DNA of 63,853 nucleotides from Oculina patagonica (Eukaryota): NCBI RefSeq assembly GCF_052425735.1, contig NC_135768.1, positions 9,858,001 to 9,921,853 of the forward strand, read 5' to 3'. Shown piece by piece: positions 58,701 to 63,853 of this stretch (position 1 is its first letter; each line of letters starts with the position of its first letter). The notes under the pieces were generated by a model. It saw only the letters and a program-made list of their open reading frames with translations, ran no database searches and was not told where the DNA came from. The position numbers and the translations under genes were made by a program.

Positions 58701-60091
58701 ATGAAGGTAGGTGTTTTGAACTTCGCTCGTGGGTTTATACTCTTTCCCCTTACCTAGTAGGCCCTTTTGTCATTGCCTTAACAAAAATGGAAGAACTCGA
58801 CTATTAAGCTGAGGGAATAAATCGTCCCTCGGTTGTTATATGGGAAATATAGTGGCTTTTGTTTGGGAAGGGGGAAATTCCAGCGACGATTTTCGGGAGA
58901 CCAAAAAACAACAGCTGGAAAAATTCAGGTGATAATAAAATTATTTCGTTCATTTGAAGTTTCTCCCACTGTTATATTCCGCAAACAAATATCGGAGCAA
59001 ATAAATTTAATTTAGATTATTTTTTTAGCGTAATGGCCCTTAAAATAACCGTAAAATATCAAAAAAAGGAAAAAGTCTTTTCAAGATTTTTTCTTAAATC
59101 CCCTTGTGGGTGTTCCTTTTAATTTTTTTGAAAGTGGAAACGATTGTTTTGCAACCCTCAAAGTTATTAAAATTGTTTTTGCCCGTATCTGTTGCATCAT
59201 ATGAGCTATATACATACAAGAATCTTTCAGTTAGATAGTTCAAATATTTCCGAGATCAAAGCAAGTCGAAACTGTTGTCAGGTCACGAGCACCCGATCGA
59301 ACATTTAATTTTGGTGAATATCTGCTCATAAAGCCTTTAATCCCATCAGATTTTCAAGCCAATCTTCCTAAATCACGTTATGGAAGCTGCTTATGCATCG
59401 ATACTCACTAGCTTTTTGGATGTAAGCCTTTTTGAATGCCCCTTTTCTCGACACTAAGTCAAGTCTGGTCGAGCCAACATTTTAAATTTTGACTGTTACC
59501 TATTTGGTGCTTGTTGTTTATCGTTGCCGATTTTTAGAGCAAAGTTATTTTTTGACTTTCACTTAGTTTCATGTTCTCTGGTTTAAATGCCTTAGAACAG
59601 TCAAGAAACGTCACATAGACAACAAACAATGTGAAATTCTAACCTACTGGCTGTTTATTATATTTCATTTCGATATAATCACAAATCATTGTAATCTTGA
59701 ACCCGCTAGTTTGACCGAGTGAGCCCGGGCTCCCTGTGTTGTTTCTCATCTATTTCTCTTTTTTTCCTTTCAGGCTGCAGTAGTTGTTAGCCTCCTGGTG
59801 ATGTTTGCCATCCTGACTTTTGGCAAACCTGCAAATGAGGACAAACATGAGGCAGGGGCAAAAATTGTGACCCTCTACCAGAAGAACCTCCTAAGCGACT
59901 CGCCGAATCAAAAGCGCGCATGCGTCTACCGTCATTTCTGTGGCTATGTCGTCCGCTGTTGCCAAGGACGAATTGCGGACGAAAATGAGTCAGGGAGCCG
60001 GGGACACTCTGGGTTCGAGATTGGGATCATTTTCTTGGAGAGCTTGGTAACCAGACTTGATTTGGTAGCCGTGCCTTTCATCACAATATGA
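58701..60091 (+). CDS. Paralogous secreted prepropeptide with one 4-Cys peptide; 3' end replaced by transposon sequence
   Basis: Exon 58701-58706 (ATG AAG|gtaggt) plus 59774-60091. MKAAVVVSLLVMFAILTFG KPANEDKHEAGAKIVTLYQKNLLSDSPNQKR ACVYRHFCGYVVRCCQ GR IADENES, then TE-derived residues after ~59991. Confidence 0.75.
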
Positions 60092-60262
60092 GCTCGAAAT
60101 TTTCACAGAATATCCACTAAAATGTTCATTCAAACTCTTTAAGAGTATCAGATGTTTGTTTAGAAATGTCAAGCGATGTCAAAAATTATTTTGGTTTTCC
60201 AGTTCTTGACAAAATAGCCGAACTTCGGCAGACCATAAAATCGCTATGTTCTCAACACTTAA
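60022..60262. mobile_element. Fragment of the same foldback arm family as 47912-49238
   Basis: tgggatcattttcttggagagcttggtaaccagacttgatttggtagccg...ccataaaatcgctatgttctcaacactta aligns by eye with ~47925-48166. Confidence 0.8.
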
Positions 60263-61194
60263 AAGCGGGAGCTCCCTCCTGAAGAAGAGTTTAGTTTTAG
60301 TAAAATCGCCCTCATAAAATAAAGTCTTAGTACCACTACTACTACCACTACCACTCATCAGTACGTACTTGTTTTGAAATACTTCTCCTGCTAGATTTCA
60401 CTTAAATCTTCTTGAATTAAATACTGAAAGTATTTGAAAAAGTCGAAAATCGTCCGGCTATTTCATTTGGGTTCTCTGAAACGCGCGCGCAGATGATACT
60501 GTGCTACGACCGCCAGACAGCGGCTCAATATCGGTGGATGATGGTCCCCGGATCAGTAACTTATCGATGTCACGCAAAATTTTCATTTTCGTTCTGTGGA
60601 AACAGTTCTCTCCACGAAAATCGGACTGTTGTTTTTATAGGATTTGAAACAAAAGTTACGGAAACTTTTCAATTAAACTACATTAAATTAACGATAAGTT
60701 ATGAATATCATTTTTTTTTACGGCTGTATGGCAGCGGCGGCGCAATGGCACTTGAATAGCCTGTTGCGTGACATCAAGATCGGTAAATTATACTTCCGGT
60801 GAAACTTCGTGAGAAAATCCTCCCTCTCTGCCTTTTTTACGAATGAATGTATAATGGCCAACCAGCCACAAACGGTAAGACAATTTAGTTCAAGTCACTC
60901 TACATTTATATTCCTACCAGTGGAGGCTTATAAGGCAGAAAAAAATTCCAAACGAATGCACAAAATAGCTTACTTGGATGTATATCTTTGTTCTCAGCTC
61001 AACATCGCCAACCAACAAGTGGCCGATTTTCTTTCCGAACTTCCCGCTTACTTTTTGATGCGGTAGGTAAAAGTTACCTGGAAATTTAAAACAAAGATTG
61101 TTTAACTTCTTATTAGCTTTTCAAGTCGTAGCACACAACGAAAACAAAATTCACAGAACAGATTGTTAAATATTAAAATCACTATTAAAAAAAT

Positions 61195-61720
61195 AAAAAT
61201 AATAATAATAATAATTACAAATTTGTTGTGCGCAAATTCCATACATAAATGTTCAAATGCGCATTACAAAGAAAAAGAAAAAAAAAAAAGAGAAAAAAAA
61301 AAATGAACGTTACACGCCAAAAGTTAAAATTACAACTTAAAAACTAAAATTCTTAAAAACTAAGTTATAGGTTAAAAATTACAAGCGTTAAAGTACAATT
61401 TATACCTAACTAAAATCTAAAATTCTAAGAAATTACAATTCTATTCGGATTTTAATAAAAACGCTTTAGAAAACAAATATGTTTTAAGTTTGCCTTTAAA
61501 ATCGGCAAAATAATATAAAAATAGTTAAAAGGTTACAAAAAAATGCTTAAAATCTTAGACTAATAAAAAATGTTGCTTAAAAGTAATAAAAATGCTTTTT
61601 TTAAAAAGGAAAGTTTTAAGTTTATGTTTAAAAAGGGACACTGAGGAGCTGTTCTTAATGTCAGAAGGTAGAGTATTCCAGAGTGTAGGAGCTGCCACGG
61701 AGAAAGATCTTGCGCCATAT
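61195..61720 (-). mobile_element. LINE (L2/CR1-like) 3' end
   Basis: YGARSFSVAAPTLWNTLP...FKHKLKTFLF is a typical LINE ORF2 C-terminus; (TTA)n tail near 61200. Confidence 0.8.
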
Positions 61721-61962
61721 AAGAGTTCCTCTGGCAGATGGTTGGCCGGTTCCCATGTAATCTCTGCTGGAGAGTAGTTTTTCCAGTGAACGAAGTATTC
61801 TTCTCTACCTGCCTTAACTCGTTTTGCAACAATGCGCTCAACTTCGTAAAAACCCATAACAGATGGCTTAGATCTGGGACGGTATTTCAAAGTAAAGCTT
61901 TTGTCGCGTGCCTCGAATAACGATGCGTAATAACCGCGCGCGTGTCTCGTACGTTTTGACAT
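61721..61962 (-). pseudogene. Chromodomain-encoding ORF (probably transposon-borne) interrupted by a LINE
   Basis: FYEVERIVAKR...EYFVHWKNYSPAEITWEPANHL is a canonical chromodomain with aromatic cage residues; it reads in frame into LINE sequence. Confidence 0.75.
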
Positions 61963-62402
61963 GTTGACTCTTCTGAAGTCTTTTGCAACTGAAAAGTTAC
62001 AATCAAAGTCGACTTTTCCTATCTTTTGATCAATCGAAACGGATCCAAAGTTCTAAAAGTTGAATAATTTTTCTTAAGAAAAAATAGAATGCGAATTCCC
62101 ACGAGGCGCTGGTTTGTTGTATTTTTCAGTTTTACATGATCAACGCTGCAAAAGAAGTATATTTTGTTTATTTCATGCACTTTTCTCCTCATCATTCTTT
62201 ATAAATAAAATCGTTTTGGTAAACTGTCAGTCGCTCTTTCACACAAAAAAATCACGTGCACGCTCGTCAGTCAAAGCGCTCGAACAATTTTTTTAGGACC
62301 TTCTACAGAGGAGCGGAATAAATTATTTGCGCATGCGAAATTATGTGAAACTCGGGAGAGATAAACGTTTGAAAGACAGAGTGCTACTGATACTGCTACT
62401 GC

Positions 62403-62641
62403 NNNNNNNNNNNNNNNNNNNNNNNNNNNNNNNNNNNNNNNNNNNNNNNNNNNNNNNNNNNNNNNNNNNNNNNNNNNNNNNNNNNNNNNNNNNNNNNNNN
62501 NNNNNNNNNNNNNNNNNNNNNNNNNNNNNNNNNNNNNNNNNNNNNNNNNNNNNNNNNNNNNNNNNNNNNNNNNNNNNNNNNNNNNNNNNNNNNNNNNNNN
62601 NNNNNNNNNNNNNNNNNNNNNNNNNNNNNNNNNNNNNNNNN
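62403..62641. other. Assembly gap (N run)
   Basis: Seen directly. Confidence 0.99.
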
Positions 62642-63181
62642 TTAGAATTTTTTAAAGTTTTTAAAAATGAATACGTTGCATCTGATTATTTACAACAGTT
62701 AAGATATTTTAATGAAAGAAAAAATCTTGTGAAATTTAAATTAAGTAATCACAAACTTATGATTGAACTGGGTAGATATCAGACTGACCATATACCCAGA
62801 GCAAATAGATTATGTCCATTGTGCAAGTCAAATCAAGTAGAAAACGAAACACATTTCTTATTAGATTGTAGCAAATACTCTTCCCAAAGGCGGACATTCT
62901 TAAAACGAATCAATGAGATAGTACCTGACTTTGAAAGGAAAACAACCTCAGAAAACATTAAACTTCTTATGAACTCTAATGATTATCATGTTAATAAGCT
63001 AGTTATGAAGTTTATTTCTTCATGTATGAATTTACGTGATGCATTGTTATTATCAGGTGAAAGCGATGTAACTTAATCAAGTTTTAGTATGATATAATAG
63101 GATCGTTTTGTTACTTTTAGTTTAGATATGCTTTTGCAACACTGTAAACGGTAACGGTCATGCAAATAAAGCAATTTATTA
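62642..63181 (+). mobile_element. LINE ORF2 C-terminal zinc-finger region (RTEX-like) and 3' UTR
   Basis: KFKLSNHKLMIELGRY...RLCPLC...VENETHFLLDC, stop at 63076, aataaa near 63165. Confidence 0.8.
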
Positions 63182-63670
63182 NNNNNNNNNNNNNNNNNNN
63201 NNNNNNNNNNNNNNNNNNNNNNNNNNNNNNNNNNNNNNNNNNNNNNNNNNNNNNNNNNNNNNNNNNNNNNNNNNNNNNNNNNNNNNNNNNNNNNNNNNNN
63301 NNNNNNNNNNNNNNNNNNNNNNNNNNNNNNNNNNNNNNNNNNNNNNNNNNNNNNNNNNNNNNNNNNNNNNNNNNNNNNNNNNNNNNNNNNNNNNNNNNNN
63401 NNNNNNNNNNNNNNNNNNNNNNNNNNNNNNNNNNNNNNNNNNNNNNNNNNNNNNNNNNNNNNNNNNNNNNNNNNNNNNNNNNNNNNNNNNNNNNNNNNNN
63501 NNNNNNNNNNNNNNNNNNNNNNNNNNNNNNNNNNNNNNNNNNNNNNNNNNNNNNNNNNNNNNNNNNNNNNNNNNNNNNNNNNNNNNNNNNNNNNNNNNNN
63601 NNNNNNNNNNNNNNNNNNNNNNNNNNNNNNNNNNNNNNNNNNNNNNNNNNNNNNNNNNNNNNNNNNNNNN
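63182..63670. other. Assembly gap (N run)
   Basis: Seen directly. Confidence 0.99.
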
Positions 63671-63853
63671 CTACTGCTACTACTACTGCTACTGCTGCTG
63701 CTGCTATTGCTACTGCTGCTGCTGCTGCCACTGCTACTGGTGCTACTGCTACTACTACTGCTACTACTACTGCTACTGCCACTGCTACTGCTACTGCTAC
63801 TGCTACTGCTACTGCTACTGCTACTGCTACTGCTGCTGCTGCTATTGCTACTG
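63671..63853. repeat. (GCTACT)n/(GCT)n microsatellite
   Basis: Seen directly; a short similar run precedes the first gap (~62383-62402). Confidence 0.95.

Larger units (their letters stand above)
50390..59991. repeat. Large diverged inverted duplication carrying the two peptide genes head-to-head
   Basis: Reverse-complement matches seen at 50390-50640/59745-59991, 51080-51130/59710-59750, 51900-52030/58650-58790, 52370-52410/58105-58145, 52550-52580/58020-58040, 52790-53115/57330-57820 and 53725-53805/55870-55935. Confidence 0.85.

Noticed and set aside
62327-63782. Long ORFs 62327-63076 and 63117-63782
   Set aside because: Artefacts of N gaps and a microsatellite; only the LINE part 62642-63076 is meaningful.

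Overview
AT-rich, intron-containing animal genomic DNA. The repeat types and gene content point to an anthozoan, probably a stony coral (inference, not provable from this window). Most genes are spliced, so the ORF track misses or misreads them. Host genes reconstructed by eye: (1) the 5' part of a class A GPCR running off the left edge (minus strand, 397->1); (2) three tandem paralogous 3-exon genes (11044-12750, 17533-20181, 23154-26654) for ~100-aa secreted proteins made of one ~10-heptad coiled coil with a single conserved C-terminal Cys, with a strong excess of replacement changes between copies; (3) an 11-exon CILP-like extracellular-matrix gene (31004-45023) whose N-terminus is a SPARC-type EF-hand pair; (4) two head-to-head paralogs inside a ~11 kb inverted duplication (50212-51979 minus, 58701-60091 plus) encoding prepropeptides predicted to release short 4-Cys peptides (C-X5-C-X5-CC) at KR sites, a toxin/antimicrobial-like family I do not recognise. 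The rest is dense transposon debris: an AcademH-like element holding a PIF/Harbinger element that holds an RTE micro-insertion, Gypsy, Penelope (with minimal hammerhead ribozyme motifs), RTE and other LINEs, a SINE, a 1.3 kb foldback element, many MITEs, microsatellites and two assembly gaps.
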